Positions 38,244 to 51,631 of a stretch of 64,000 nucleotides of DNA are shown here, piece by piece. Each line of letters starts with the position of its first letter. Position 1 is the stretch's first letter. The notes below the pieces were generated by a model. The model made no database searches, was not told the origin of the DNA, and saw only the letters and a list, made by a program, of their open reading frames with translations. Position numbers and translations under genes: made by a program. This DNA is from Klebsormidium nitens (Eukaryota > Plantae > Klebsormidiophyceae), in the NCBI GenBank assembly GCA_000708835.1, contig DF237203.1:57812-121811 (forward strand), read 5' to 3'.

Positions 38244-39146
38244 CCATGCAAGAACGTGCAAACGGATCGACTTGATCATTGTTTCGGCATGATCATGTAC
38301 ACCAGCTCTGCGTTCTTTGACTATGTGTTAGTGGACCGGCCTTTCAGAAAGGCCTTTAAGAGATTGACCTATCATGAGTATCTGAAGCTCCGAATGTCAT
38401 TACATGCATGGTTGAAGGAAGGCCGGCTCAACAATATGGCCACGGTTTCACTAATAGACGTCACATTTGAATTATATGTGCATACGCAGTAGATAGATAC
38501 AAAAACTCGATTCGAGGTACGTCTGCACATTTCATTCGCATCCAAAAGACCATGCCGACCAATTATGGATGCCTCTCGACTTGATCACAGTGGCTCGCTG
38601 GCCGGAGTGCATGTATAATGCATATGAAGTATGTGAACGGGACAATCAACGTCGGATCACATGACGGTTCACGTACCTTTTTCAATGAACATGCAACGTG
38701 CGCCTCTGATTGCTTACTCAGATCGTGCACATCCACGCATGATTGAGCATGCGCCAAGGCGCGGATGAAGGATAGCTTGCGAGTTTTGGCAACGTGGAGC
38801 ATGATTACTTATTGGCTTGCCTTCCTTTCTACATGCAATGCAAAGGTAGGTTCTATATCGTAGTTTATGTCACCTATCGGGACAATTGAAGGTTGCGATG
38901 AGATTGCAACACTTGAATTTTGAGAGGCTAAACGCAACAGTGACTGGCACTGTACCGGGCCGTTACATTCGAGGCGGCAGCTTATATTCTTGCGCAAGCG
39001 AGCCACTCCTTCGCGGCCCATGATACACCAAAACAAGCTACATCGGCATCGTTGTCCACATCCGCATTGCGTTCCATTAGAAAGAGTCCTCCTCGAGCAG
39101 GCAAGCGGACGAAACTCCGCCACTGTTTGACGGTCTATCGCTAGTT

Positions 39147-42100
39147 CTACGAGGCCGGTGGCTGTAACGCTGGCGGCTCCGTTTCGTGGCTGGCACCCAA
39201 GACGTGTGCGATGTTGCCCCAGTGCTGGCGCCCGTGGTCGCGGTACCAGGCCAAGCTGGAGCGCAGACCGTCCCACCACGACACGCGGGGCCGCCACCCC
39301 AGCTGCCGAAGCTGGCAAGAACGGAACCAGGGCAGAAAGATGTGCTCAGAAAGTTTGAAGGCGTTGGAGATGAGGGCGAAAGAACAGCGTCACCATTCAG
39401 AATCTTCGGAATAAGGATGAGATCACCTTTATCCTGAGCTGTCGAGCACAAAGTTGCAGTGTGTTGAAGGCTCCAACCTCTTTCGAAACAGTGCGGCCAG
39501 ATGGATCTAAAGCCGAACACCGACGGACTGGCAACGCCAGCCCCCCGTCAGCCATACCTTTCTATCGTCGATCCGATAGCTGCCGTCGTCAAAAGGGCGG
39601 TTCTCCACCGTCTGCAAGGAGTCGAACAATTGACTTCAGCGCCTAGCCGAAGGAGCCAAGATCCCCCAAGAAACAACCGTTGCAGGTTACCTGCTGCCAG
39701 GCGAGCTTTTTCAGCCCGGCCGCGTGATCATTCTCCCCCAAGAACCAGAAGGTCTTTCGTGGCGCAAAGGCTCACCACTGAGGAGCTGATCTCTTCGATC
39801 TCATCACCGACGAGAACTTCAAGTTGCTCACAAAATAGAAATATGTCTTGACTGCAGCTAAGAGGAAGACACTATTCATCTGAGCATATCAGGTAAGGCA
39901 ACGCGAGTTGTAGATAGGTCAACCAGGTTTGTATGGCCGCGTTTCTCCCACCTGGATGTCCACGGCAGTGCTCGACCCTGAGGCCATTCGGACGAGCGCG
40001 CGCACGTCCTGCGCTACTTGCGCGACCGTCCTCTCCGTTCCCGCGCAGTTGTACACCTCGCCCTCCTCCCCGCGCGCCAGCACCGTTGCCAGAGCAGCTG
40101 CACGAACGGCGACGTCTTATGGGTTTGTCCGTCTGAAAAGCAAACCTGTACTCCCAATAAAGGTAAACGTAGTAGGCGGCGGCAGTCCAGAGCGGATAGA
40201 CTTCGTAATGTCTTTTGCTTTTCGTGATTGTGGGTTCTCGTGAGGAAAGCAAACGTCCTTTTCCCGGCGCCCGATCACGCACGTCTCATTCCACTCGGTC
40301 ATGATGAAAGCGGCACCTCCAACAAGCCGTCTCGCGACTGGAGAACTTTGAAACACTCAACCAGGACGCCCGACAGGAATCTGTCTCAGAAACTTTCTGG
40401 AGATCCGTTCCGAATTCCTCCATACAATCTTTACTAATCAGCGAATGTCTGCGCGCACATACCTACGGCGTCCTCAACGTAGAGGAAGGAGCGCGCGTAG
40501 TCGCTCGCGCGCCCATGGATCGGCAACGGCTGGCCCGCGAGCGCGCGCATCAGGTATTTGGGAATGAGCTGGAGGCCCATGAGGAAGCTGCTCAACAAAT
40601 GATTACTTGACACGGAAGAGCAATGGAGACTTTGCAAACGGTGACTTTCAAGGCGGGTGGCCCGACGAAGGTAATGCAATCGGAGGATTGAATAGTGTCT
40701 TAAAGAGTCGCTGAATAGATAAAAGCGCGACGAGTTTCAAGAGACTGATTCAGTCCGTGCACCAAGCTTTTCTCTGCTCTCTCTTTCACGTCCTTCAAAT
40801 CGCATTGCGTGTCAGAAGGCCGCGGAAAAGTGGACTGCAAGCCCATGCGTTTTGCTTGTTGAACTTCTGTGATTTGCGTCCTTGTTTGCGGCGAACAGCT
40901 CAGCATTTTCGCTTCGTTGCTTGTGTTCAAGCGAATGCCCGCACAGCTCAGAGTCTGAAGGAGAGAGGAGAGCACCTTTTCCGGGAACTGGCGAGGACCA
41001 AACACGTTGCTGCAGAAAGAAAGCCGGAGTTTTTGAGATCCTGCGGAAGTCTGGGACGGGATTTTTCTGCAATCAAAGAAGGGGTCAGAAGCAGATTCGA
41101 GAGGACAGTTCGACTTCGTTCGCTTGCGCACCGCGAAGACCATCCTTTCAATAAAAGTTCCATTTGACCTCCCGTCTTACAATTGCACATAACAAGATAG
41201 CAGTTTGTCATCGACTGCGACTGCGATCGCGTTTGGCTTGAGCTTGGTTTGACAGGCGCCAGGTGTCACCTGCTGCGCACGATGACGACGGGCAGGTGGT
41301 AGGCGGTGCCGTACGCCAGGACCAGCATCTCCGCTCCTGCCTTGCTCGCGGCGTAAGGGTTGATGGGCTGCAGCCGGGCGGCCTCCGAGTGGCCGTGCTG
41401 CAAACACGAACACACGGGATGTCACCGATTGACTACGCGTCAGGAAATTTTGTCTTTATGAATCTGAACCTACGGGCTAATCGAAGGGACTAGGAGTTGC
41501 GCCATTAGAAGGGGGTTCTGGTGAAATTGCACTGCCCGTTCATTTACCAGGTACTTCGAACGACCTGTTTCGCTGTGATGCCATGATGCGTCCCAGTCGA
41601 GTCTTTAAAGGCACTGCCGACGAGATTTTGCTGAGGGAAGACAGATCGATGAATAGATCCAAAAAGGAATTGCTTTGAAAGAAACACACAGAAGCAAGTC
41701 GGAAGAAGAAAAGCAAGTGAAATCAGGTCGTTGCTGGGTCTTTTGAGATTGGCTTCACCTCTTTCTCGGGCGGCGTCGGCTCGTAGACTTGGTCGGTGCT
41801 GACGTGGAGGAAGCGCCGGACGGTGCCGGTCGTCCGCACAGCCTCCTGCAACGTGGCGCTGTGCATCAACAAAGTGACGTGTTCATCCTTCTCTGCGTTC
41901 GCTTCAAGTTGTCACACAGCAAGCAATCTTGCTTAGTGTGAGCTTCGCCAAGCAAAATTTGTGCTAACGGAGGCGTGGTCTCTGATTTCAGGATCCGAAT
42001 GACGATTTGAATGCTGGAGATTGGGACACATCACCAGCAAGACGTGCGTTGCGAGGACGTTATCCTGAGTGAAGCTGATGGCGTTCCTGCACCAGACGCG

Positions 42101-43284
42101 AACCAGACTCTTAGATGTGCAATCGAAGGTGAGGTCGCCTCACAAGGAGTAAGATGGGCGGAGATTCATGGATGGCAGAGAGTAAGGACGAAGTGATCGG
42201 ATAGAGTAGATTTTTGATCGGTGCCGTCTATTGATCATTGCTGTCGCGCAATTGCACTGACCCAAAGCAAGAAGCAAAGTAGAGACAACGAGGATGGCAA
42301 GACGCTAAAGAGGAGAACGCAACATGAAGCTGATGGGTCACAGATCTCTTGTCTCGACAGGATCGCTGCAGAGGGACCGGTGTGATCCAATTTCAGCCTT
42401 CAACGACCTGCACCGCTGACAATAGGGTCTCACTGGAAGGACGCATCCACGTGCGTTTGCGCGGCGAGGTTGATGACGGTGTCGATGGCATGCGTCCGCA
42501 GCACGTACAGCAGCAGGTCCGAGCTAGCCTGGTCGCCGCGCACCAGTACGAAGTTGCGGCTCAGCGCGGCCTCGCGCAGGTTGCTGCGCAGCACGCGGAG
42601 GAAGAGGCAAGTGCATAAACTAAGTGATCCGTTGACTGCTGTATCGTGGGTTTGAAGCACTCGAACAGACGCCTCGTCACACACTGTGAGAGACTGCACG
42701 GCCTAATCACTGCATGCTTGCTTGGTATCTTGCCAGGGTTCCCTTTTGCGACGGGAGATTGCGCAAAAGGACAAGAAATGCGAGGAACCCCTTTGAACCG
42801 AACAAATAATTTTGACAGTAATAGACTTCTCCCGTCCAGTCTCTTATTGGCCAAGGTAGAGATACCATCCGGACAAGCTCCGGTGAGAGGGTACCGTTTC
42901 GAAAAAGAGAACCACTTGAGACAACCAGCCTAGTATTCAAAAGAAGCTCCTCCCTTTTTCACAGGGAACTGCTGCTGAGCAATCCCTGAAATCACCTCAG
43001 TTCTCCATGTTACCTCCGTCAGCTCGAAAACCAGGGCCGTACCACTTGTCAAGAATGGACCGAACGAACAAGGGTACGAAAGCCTGAACAACGAGCAATC
43101 ATCTGGTACGAAAGTTATCTCACTCCGTGCTTGCACAGTAGTCCAGCTTGTCCAGCCCCACGACGGTGCTGCCCGGGTGGTGGTACACCAGGTGTGCCGC
43201 CACGTGGCTCCCAATGAACCCCGCTGCCCCGGTGACCAGAATGTTGCCCGGTTCGTACCCATGAGGCGCCTCCTCCACGTGCAT
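39147..43284 (-). CDS. Stand-alone UDP/dTDP-glucose 4,6-dehydratase-like SDR (RHM N-terminal domain / TGDS-like)
   Basis: About 9 phase-consistent exons: NILVTGAAGFIGSH..GLDKLDYCAS, INLAAQTHVDASF, NAISFTQDNVLATHVLLEA, RFLHVSTDQVY, NPYAASKAGAE (YxxxK), NVFGPRQFPEKLIPKY, RSFLYVEDA, GEVYN, VENRPFDD, LGWRPRVSWWDGL..WY. Stop at 39147-39149. No epimerase/reductase domain. Confidence 0.9.
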
Positions 43285-44362
43285 GCTCCCTCTCTTTGCG
43301 AGCAGCGAAACCCAGATGTCGAAGCCTTGTTCACGAGTCGAGGGAGGAAGGTTTGCGCAGGACGACGAAACAGCGGCAACCGCGCTTCTCATGTGTTTTT
43401 CTTCCTTTCAGATGAATCAGCACTCGCACTGAGTTGGGAACGAAGGCTGTGTTTGTGCAGAGGGGCACTCGCTTGCGCTGATTGCGAGCACGCCGGCCTC
43501 GAGGCCCTTGATATCATGCATGAGCATAAGCACTAATACTTGAACTACTCTTCATAGCTAGGCACGAGAGAAGGGACACTTGACAAAGTTTGCCCTGGCA
43601 TCCTTCACCGCTTGACTGTTCAAGACTGCGGGGCTGTCGTCTTCATAAGGTCCATGATCTCGGCTCGCAGACGAACGACGGGCGGGCTATCGTCACAACC
43701 TACAGATCCTTTGTCACTTTTTGATTGGAAAGACTGCGCGGGTTGTCTGACTTCTATTGTATTTATCGTGGCTTCGTCCGAACTGGAGTACTTGGTGTAG
43801 ATTGGTGCTGCTACAGTGCACTAAACCACGATAGACTGCCACACACGGCTGAGTCATAGAGTATACACTCCCCTTGGGGGGCGTCGAGTCAGCTATGGTG
43901 GAATCAGAGTTGGCTCATGCTCCGTCACATTCTTTCACGTTATGAATGTATTCATGCAGTGCAGCTGCAGTTTACGGTGTAGAGGCGCTATAATTGGGGC
44001 CGTTTGTCTTCGACTTCGACGGTTTAAGTCAGTTTAAGTCCCAACATCGCAGTGAGTTGGTACGCTAGCCATTCTATACGGCTATTACTTTAGAATCAGC
44101 TAGACTTATGAGCCTGGATTGTTCCACTTGTAGTAGCTAGCCTGGGCAGCAGATTCGCTATGAAAATAAATCGGCTGCAACCATCTCAGAGTAGTCACTG
44201 CAATAGATATATTGTAGTATGCATTGGATCCGTGTACGTGCATGGTTCGCGCTGGCTGATTAATCCAATACGACTGGCAGAGCTGTATGTAGATGATACT
44301 TAGATTGTTGCATGATTTTCAATCCGACATTGAGCTAGACCTCTAGGTGTCTGCAGGAGTCA

Positions 44363-45121
44363 CACAAGCTACCTATGGTGGGTGTCGGCGGTCTCGATCG
44401 CGCGACGGTACCGTCACCAAATTGACTCACCGGTGTTACGCGTCGCGACATTTCATGTACACGGTACTGACGACCGTACTCGGCCGTACTTTAGAATCCG
44501 GTCCGAGTTCATGAATTGGAAATTGTCTGACATGTCGACGAACGGTAAACTCCGGTATATTCGGCGGTACAGTACCGCGCAAGTCTGCGCGTCCGCAAAT
44601 TTGAAATTTCATGGTGTTTGTCGGAAGTTCCGACTCGAACCACCTGAGGGTACCGCGGTACTTAACTTGAAAGAGGAGTGCAGGAAGTTGAAAGAAGAGT
44701 GTAGGAAAAGGCGCATTTCAAGAGCAAGCAATGCCGGCCGACTTTGAGGCTTGTATGGTGCTTATTCCGATTTGTCCTCGACATTTCCTTATGTTGGGTC
44801 TTCAAACAAACCCTCAAGGTGCTCTCCCAACATTTTTCTTTGCTTGTCAGAGCTTTCTATGGGCTGCATAAGGCTCTTCTTTGTGTGCCAGTTTGATGCT
44901 CACACACAAGTGTAAAACATAACACTGTCTTTCACTCCTGTAACACTGACTTACGGCCGAGCAATATTGTCTGAGTACTTGTACCGCCCGAGTAACAGAA
45001 ACCTGAGTTGCCGTGACGTGAACCGCCGGTATCACTGACGGAATTCGATACGCGGTATTACAATTTTGTGGCGGTCGGAGTCAAAATTGACTCGGCCGGT
45101 ACCCACCATAGGTAGCTTGTG
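44363..45121. mobile_element. Non-autonomous DNA transposon (MITE, CMC/EnSpm-like), copy 2; intact 21-bp TIRs
   Basis: CACAAGCTACCTATGGTGGGT (44363-44383) and ACCCACCATAGGTAGCTTGTG (45101-45121) are perfect reverse complements. Flanked by CA on both sides (2-bp TSD). Length 759 bp; inverted relative to copy 1. Confidence 0.9.
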
Positions 45122-46084
45122 CATGAGCATGATGTAGATTGAAACTGATACATGGTCACGTGCGTGCCAGAGTTTCATGCCTTCTTGTGCCATGTGTAAC
45201 CGAGCCAGCTTGATTTTCATGCACTGAAACCGCGTTCGAGAGAGAGATATACAAGCCTATACTCTCCACAAAGGTCCGGTCGATTCAAGAAGCTAGCTCT
45301 ACAATCCAATGATTCGGCTTGGAAGTGCCAGCCTGCACAGCTGGAGTGTTGCATGCATCCGGCTTAGCCAGAGAAGCCAGGCTTTGCGCAAGTACACAAC
45401 GTACGCCGCAATTCAATAACATATGAGAGCTTGGCGACTTGGTCTAGAGAACATAGTGCGTCCAAATCCAGCTGAAAAAGCTGAGGAGCAACTCTAAGTT
45501 TTGCAACTCGTATTCAGATTGCAGTAATCAACAGCCTCTTGTTAGCACATGCACAGCGTTTATAGATGTTTGCAATTTATAGAGTACTTACATGTGCTAC
45601 CATGATCAATAGTTGCTCCTCTCCAGGGCACAAAACTCCTCTGCACTTTGGATTACCTTGTACCCCCGGCTAACACGGCGGAGCGCTTGGATGGCCCCGA
45701 ACCAAGCTGGGAGCGCATCTCTTATATGACGACCAAAAACAAAAGCGCGCGCTAAGTTTATTTGACGACCCAGACCTTATCTACCAATTCATGCTAGCTA
45801 CGAAAGAATGCTGTGCTATAACTTATCACGTCGGCCTGTCCCCTGCTTTCTGTACTGGACCCTTGCTGGCCGCCTAATGCGGCACTCTTATGTAAAGGGA
45901 CGCCGGCCCTTGGCTGCACATGAGCAACGCCTTCCCCGTGTGATCCGCCCGCTGCCCCTTCCAATCGCTCTTCCCCTCTTTCTACCGACTTTGATTCCCG
46001 TCCCCATCACTGTAAACAACTTCAGCCCCTCCCCACAAACTCCCCTGTTCTCTGTACACTTCGCTTTTCCGGCCCCTGGCACTG

Positions 46085-49000
46085 TTACCGGAGCGCATGG
46101 AGCGCCGCGGTTTGGGACTCCCCCCGAAGCGCGTTGGTTGGGCTCTTCTTCTTGGACTTACTCTTCCGGTCCTTTTCCCGCTGCGCCTCCCGTCGCTGCT
46201 CCAGCTTCCTCGCCAGCTCCCGCAGCACGTAGTGGAACGCGTCACCCTCCTCGGCCGGCTGTGGAAACAACACCGCTCGCCGCACGGCAGGGCTCCAGAT
46301 GCGCTTCTGCATCGCAGCAACCTGCACCACATGCCGCAGATTAGGATATGATTACGAGGGAGCGAATGAGAACAAAGAACCTGAGCTAAGGTAACATGCA
46401 ACAGAAGGCGACAGGGTTGTCCTTCAGACGACTTCAGAACGAAGCACGCTGATGTCCCTGTGAAGCCACAAGCAGAACTCAGGCAACCCGGGAAAGGACC
46501 GTGCCTGCGTCCTAGCAGTGCCACGATCGAATCCGTACAACACTGCGGGAAATCCGAATTCAAGCAATACGCTATGAGCTCACCTCTTCGACGGGGATGG
46601 CGGACAGGATCTCGTCCAGGCGCGGCACGTCCTTCTCGGGGACGTGCACAGTGATGGCGGGCCAGTCCACAAACTCGCGGAAGGGCAAAATGATGTTGTC
46701 GCTGATGATGACCGGGATGCACCCCTGCTGCAGGCTCTCCACGATGCGCGGGCTCCAGGGCGCCCACCCCAGCGGGCACAAGCAAAACACGGAGCGCCGC
46801 ATGTCCTCGTAGTATGCAAACGGAACCATCTCGGCCACGTCAAACAGGGGGTTGTCCTTGTGGTGCTTCCAAATCTGGTACCGGACCCCCCTGCGAGCAA
46901 AGGCGTCAAGCGGGTCAGCCCAAGCTGTGAAAGTGGGGGTCACTTATCTGCAAATTTGAAGGGGTTGAGGGGGCCACGACGCCAAAGGTCCCCTACTAGC
47001 ACAATTTGCGGATGCTTATTAAGACGGTGAGGTATGAAGGAAACAGGAGAACAGGAAATGACTGACGTGTGGAGAACCTTATTTGTTGGCTTACATAACG
47101 CAACCGAGGCCACACATGCATGGGAATAGAAGTCGGCATGGCCAGAAAGAGCCCTCACTTGGAATACTTGTTGCCCCAGGGGTCATTCCCGAAGTCATGC
47201 ACCAGCCCCCGGAAGTAGGCGAACTTGTCGCGAGGGGGCTGCCCCGGACCCTCTGGGAGGCCCGGGACCGACTTGACCCAGTTGACGTTGACGTAGGGCG
47301 GAATGATGATGCTTCGGCCACTGCGACTGCACGTGTGGTTCTCCTGTCCAAACGTTTGCAGCATGAGCAGCTTGCGCAGCACTGCTGGGACCTTGCGCGT
47401 CACCGCCTCCTCCTCCTGGCAGCAGACAAGAGAGATGAGATGGCGTCAAGATCGATGAGTACGTACGGTGGTTAGAATTGCATGCTTTTGTAGATGTTGA
47501 TTTTTTCGAATCAAACAAACAACGGTGAAATTGGGCCGAACTGTGTCGGCATGGCTGCCAAGCGCCACCACGTTCGCGGCTGCGGTGGCACGCAGGAATG
47601 TCCACTCCGGTTCAGTGCCCCTGGTTCAAGAACATTTTTCCGATGATGTACACAGTAAGATTGGCACACAAACTCAAGCATCACCCGGCCTGGCATTATT
47701 GGGCCCTGATTATAAAGCATTCCTACAACCAGACAGATAAGGTCCTTACATCGAGTTGGCCAGTGACGAAAGGGTCAACACTGGTCTAACCACAGAGGAT
47801 TGGAATGCAAAAGTGAACCAGCCAGAGTGCAGAAATGGACCTCACCCTGAACGTGAAGCAGGCCCCAAAGTCGTGCGGCACCACAACGACGTGATCGGAG
47901 CCGTGGGTGCGGTTGAAGAAGGGCCACGTGTGCACCACATGGTGCATCACCTGCTTGATCATCATGCCCGCCATCTGGGGCAACGCACGGCCCTGATCAT
48001 TCAGGTCCCCCGTTGAATACACGGGGATGAAGAACAGGTCGGCCTCATCCGGGTTCATGGTGCGCACGCTGGAGTTCATGAGGCTGTAGTGGATCAGCAC
48101 CTCGGCCGCAAACATGTGCGTCAGGATGCGCGGGTCGCGCGTCACGAGGTCCGCGTTGAAGTAGCTCGGCAGGTCGTAGATGTAGATCTTCATCTGCGAT
48201 GCGATCGCGTTGTACTTTCGCGCCGGCGCCTCGAGCAGCGGACCCCCGAGGGGAGAGTTCGGGATGACCTCTTTGGGAAGAGCCAGCCCCGTTGACTCCA
48301 GGCCTGGAAACACAGAAGATCAACTGATGGGTCAGAAAAGCGGCCCTCCCATTTTAGAAATCTGGGCACTGCCCCAGGGGCAAGCTCCGCCTTGCCACTC
48401 AATTCTGGGCCCTCCCGACATGCGCTGTGTCGGGCAGCAGCTTACTGTTGACTGTTTACCAGCAATCTGAATTGAGGGACTGTACAGCCTAGCAGCACCA
48501 TGTCGAGCCTGGCCGAACAAACATGCACCCACACCCCTCAACTAAACTCACTTGTACGTGAACAAAGCATACAGAACTTTTATGTGCGCCCCGTTTCAAC
48601 GGGCGAATATTCCTTTCTCGCCAGCAATTGGGTTTGCTTTGTGCATACAACCCGGGTGACAGGAATGTGCGTGCTGCCCAATCGCAGTTATTTGTTTGAT
48701 TGCAGTTATGTGTTTGATTGAGAAGGGCTAACACCCGATTGCGGATTGCTGGAGTCCAAAACGTTATGAGCCAGTGCATGAAGAGGAATGACTGTATGAA
48801 TGCCATGTTACACCGGACGACCGCACTCGTTCAACCGGTGGATGAGGGGCGACACGAGTGGTTCTCTCACTGCTACATTACCAAGAATGTGGCGGAGCCG
48901 CGACCATTTCATTATCAACGGCAGACTCCAAACAAAGGTTCAGACTTACGCAGCCATCAAGAGGAACAACACGGCTACGGTGGAAACCCTATGAGCAGCG

Positions 49001-49672
49001 TAATAAGCGAAAAATCTAATCCATGGGACGTTCTCAGTGTTTGTACCTAGATCTGATAATTTCTGGCCAGTCGCTCCTGGCCCATATGGAGAAAGGGTCC
49101 CTCTACTCTTGCATGCAAAGCTCAAAGAAGCCCCAACACACGGATCGCCACCCAAAGACAAGTTGGCTTCCTGCCACTGCCATTTGTGAACGCTTACCAT
49201 TCTGTATGACAGCGGTCGTTCCAGTGCTGACGCTGATGCCATCGTCCGCCGACATCATCATCCGCCGGGAGTCTCGGAACGGGGGCACCCTCTCCAGGCC
49301 GTCCACGGAAGCATGCTGCAAGTGCCTTGACGCCAGTGCAACACAGAGCATTACCAGCATGAGCCCCGTACAACTGAAGGCCAGCCTTTGCCGGAAATAG
49401 AAGAACGCCCCCTGATCTAACCTAGTGGACGACGCCTGCTTGCGCAGCTGCTTGGAAGAGAAGGCAGACGTGAGCGACATCTGGCTGGAGCTGCGCTGCA
49501 AGCCCCCCAAGGACTCGCCCGTGCTGGGAGCTGGGCTGGAGGCGCAGGTGCAGAAACTGCTGGGCGCACAGTACCCGCAAACGCAGCGCCTGTTTGTTGC
49601 AGGGCTCACACTGCGACCGCTGGCGTTGCTCATGCTGCCTGCCCGCCCAAGGGTGGCATCGGAAGGGGGCAT
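46085..49672 (-). CDS. Exostosin-family glycosyltransferase GT47, IRX10/XYS1-IRX7-like (candidate xylan xylosyltransferase)
   Basis: Type II membrane N-terminus (exon 49198-49672, TM segment FSCTGLMLVMLCVALAS) spliced in phase to KIYIYDLP..HMFAAEV..NPDEADLFFIPVY..HDFGACF. Then LQTFG..IPPY..YFRG..GNDP, DNPLFD..YYEDMRRSVFCLCPLGWAPWSPRIVES..GCIPVII, FPQPAEEGDAF. Stop at 46085-46087. Confidence 0.92.
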
Positions 49673-51631
49673 CTTCCAAACCAAAACAGGGGCCCCTGCA
49701 AATCCTCAAGTCCCTACCGCAGAAAATGCAGAGCAATGGTTCTCTTATATTGGTGACGCCGGTGCATCCTGCTTGAACTGACTCGGAATGACTATGACTT
49801 TGTCTACAAGCTCCTAAGTGATGCTCCAGAAAGTAACCACCAAATCACCCACTCGAACCATCTTCGTGCGGTGCGTTCGATACGGCCAAAAACGTCCTTG
49901 GATACCCATCTGCCTGAGCTGCACGATGTCCAGTCACCAGATCCTCCATTGGGCCTTGCTTCAGCAGAGAACTCTCGATTGTCGTCCCTCTTCAACGCCT
50001 GAACGTCCTAGATTGCGCCCAATCCTAGGTAACAGCACGTGCACGCTGAGTCCGCCCTTTTCCTAATTCCAATGCGGTGCACGTCCTCATGCAGTCGGAT
50101 GCTTGCGAGGAAATCCAACGTTGTAACAACGTTGTTGGCTGGCCCAGGCCCGAGGGCAGGCTTGTGCTGGCAGAGCTTGCGGGAGGCTCGCTTCTTCTCG
50201 AACGTGGCGGCTTCGAGCCTGCCCAGTGTCGAGGGCTTCAAGCTAGGCGTTCAAATTCCAAGCAACGACGAAGCAAAGCGACCGGTAGATAATCCTGACT
50301 TGCAAGTTCAGATTTTCCCTGCACAGAGTGATAGGATACCTAGGTATATTTAATGCAAAAAGAAAGCCCCGGGGGGGTGTGGGCAACACGTTGCCCCCGC
50401 AACGCAGTCAAAAACATGCACGGGATAAGCTCGATCTAGGGCTGAATTTGATCAGATTTGAAAAGCGGAGGAGCCCTCGTCAGCCGGTGACCTATCCCCC
50501 GGGCATGTTGTCGTTCCCCTCTGGAGTCTGACCTCGCTGACCCCCACACGTACAAACGGATCTTTCCGAGGGAATTTTGAGACCGTCAGATTGCAAAGTG
50601 CCAACACGTGGCACCATCGACTTGCAAGTTGCCGCCGGCTGTCTCTTGGAAGGAGAGCAGCAATGATTGCCCATCCTGTGACAATTTCAACGCTTTCAAT
50701 TCAATGCGAACTAAATTTGGGCGTATCGTTGTGCAATCATGCAGTAATCTAGCCTACACGTGACATACTTCTCACCGTCGATACCAGGAAACATAATGTC
50801 GAAAGCCGTCGATTCCTTGCAGCGTCTGACAAAGTCAATCCTGACCACCTGGAGGTTCTGACATGACATTTTGTACATGGTGGTACCTACATGCGGTACC
50901 TACCTATGGGGAATCTGACCGATGCTGGAGTCTGGACTCACCGGGCCACCCGGTCCCTGGTAACTCACCAGTTTAACAAGAGCCCTTAGCCCAAAATGAG
51001 ACGCTCCGCAATTCGAACCCTACCCTAACCTAAGAACTAACCGTACCCGTCTCTCGGCGCCATGCCACATACCTGTCATGCTGTCAGACGGGCGGCCCAT
51101 TGGTACATCTGCCCTGCCGGACCGCCGATCAACTACCGGTTTAGGTATGAAAACTTCTGACCTCAGACGAGCTCACCAGCCTTCAGGGCGACCAGGGGGA
51201 GTCCAGAACTGACGAGTACAGTTTCGCACCGCTACACCCGGTACTACCTACTACGGTAGGGACGTGCAAGGTACATACCGTAGCATAGTGCACTCAGCAC
51301 TGTACAGTGTACGAGGTCGGGGAATGCCTCAAGGCTCACAGCCGTGCAGGCTACAGCTTGACGCGTGGCAAGTGAGTCATTTTTGCCTACGTCACCTTAT
51401 CTGGTGCTTTTGCTGACTCGGATTCCCACACCTGCCGGATTCATGGCGGCTCTCTGCAAATTGCTCGATGATCAGCTAGTCCTAGCCGCTGGTTTGAAAA
51501 CAGCTTTGCTTTTTGCCTTGAGCAGCGTTTTGCAAAGGGGACAAGGGGGAGCTGTCGGCAGTGCTGTCTGCGCTTTTACCTACTTCTCATAAGCGCGAGC
51601 TGCTTTTTGGCATTGCCGGTTTCCAATCACT

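Noticed and set aside
39501-39851. ORF track entry 'MDLKPNTDG..' labelled as minus strand
   Set aside because: The peptide actually reads on the + strand (ATGGATCTAAAG at 39501, TGA at 39849-39851), so the label appears wrong. It is antisense to dehydratase exon/intron sequence and has no recognisable features.
50880-51340. Possible MITE or telomerase-RNA-like region (partial inverted TCTGGACTC motifs; AACCCTACCCTAACCTAA)
   Set aside because: No clean TIR/TSD pair, the template-like tract is irregular, and no recognisable Pol III USE/TATA was found.
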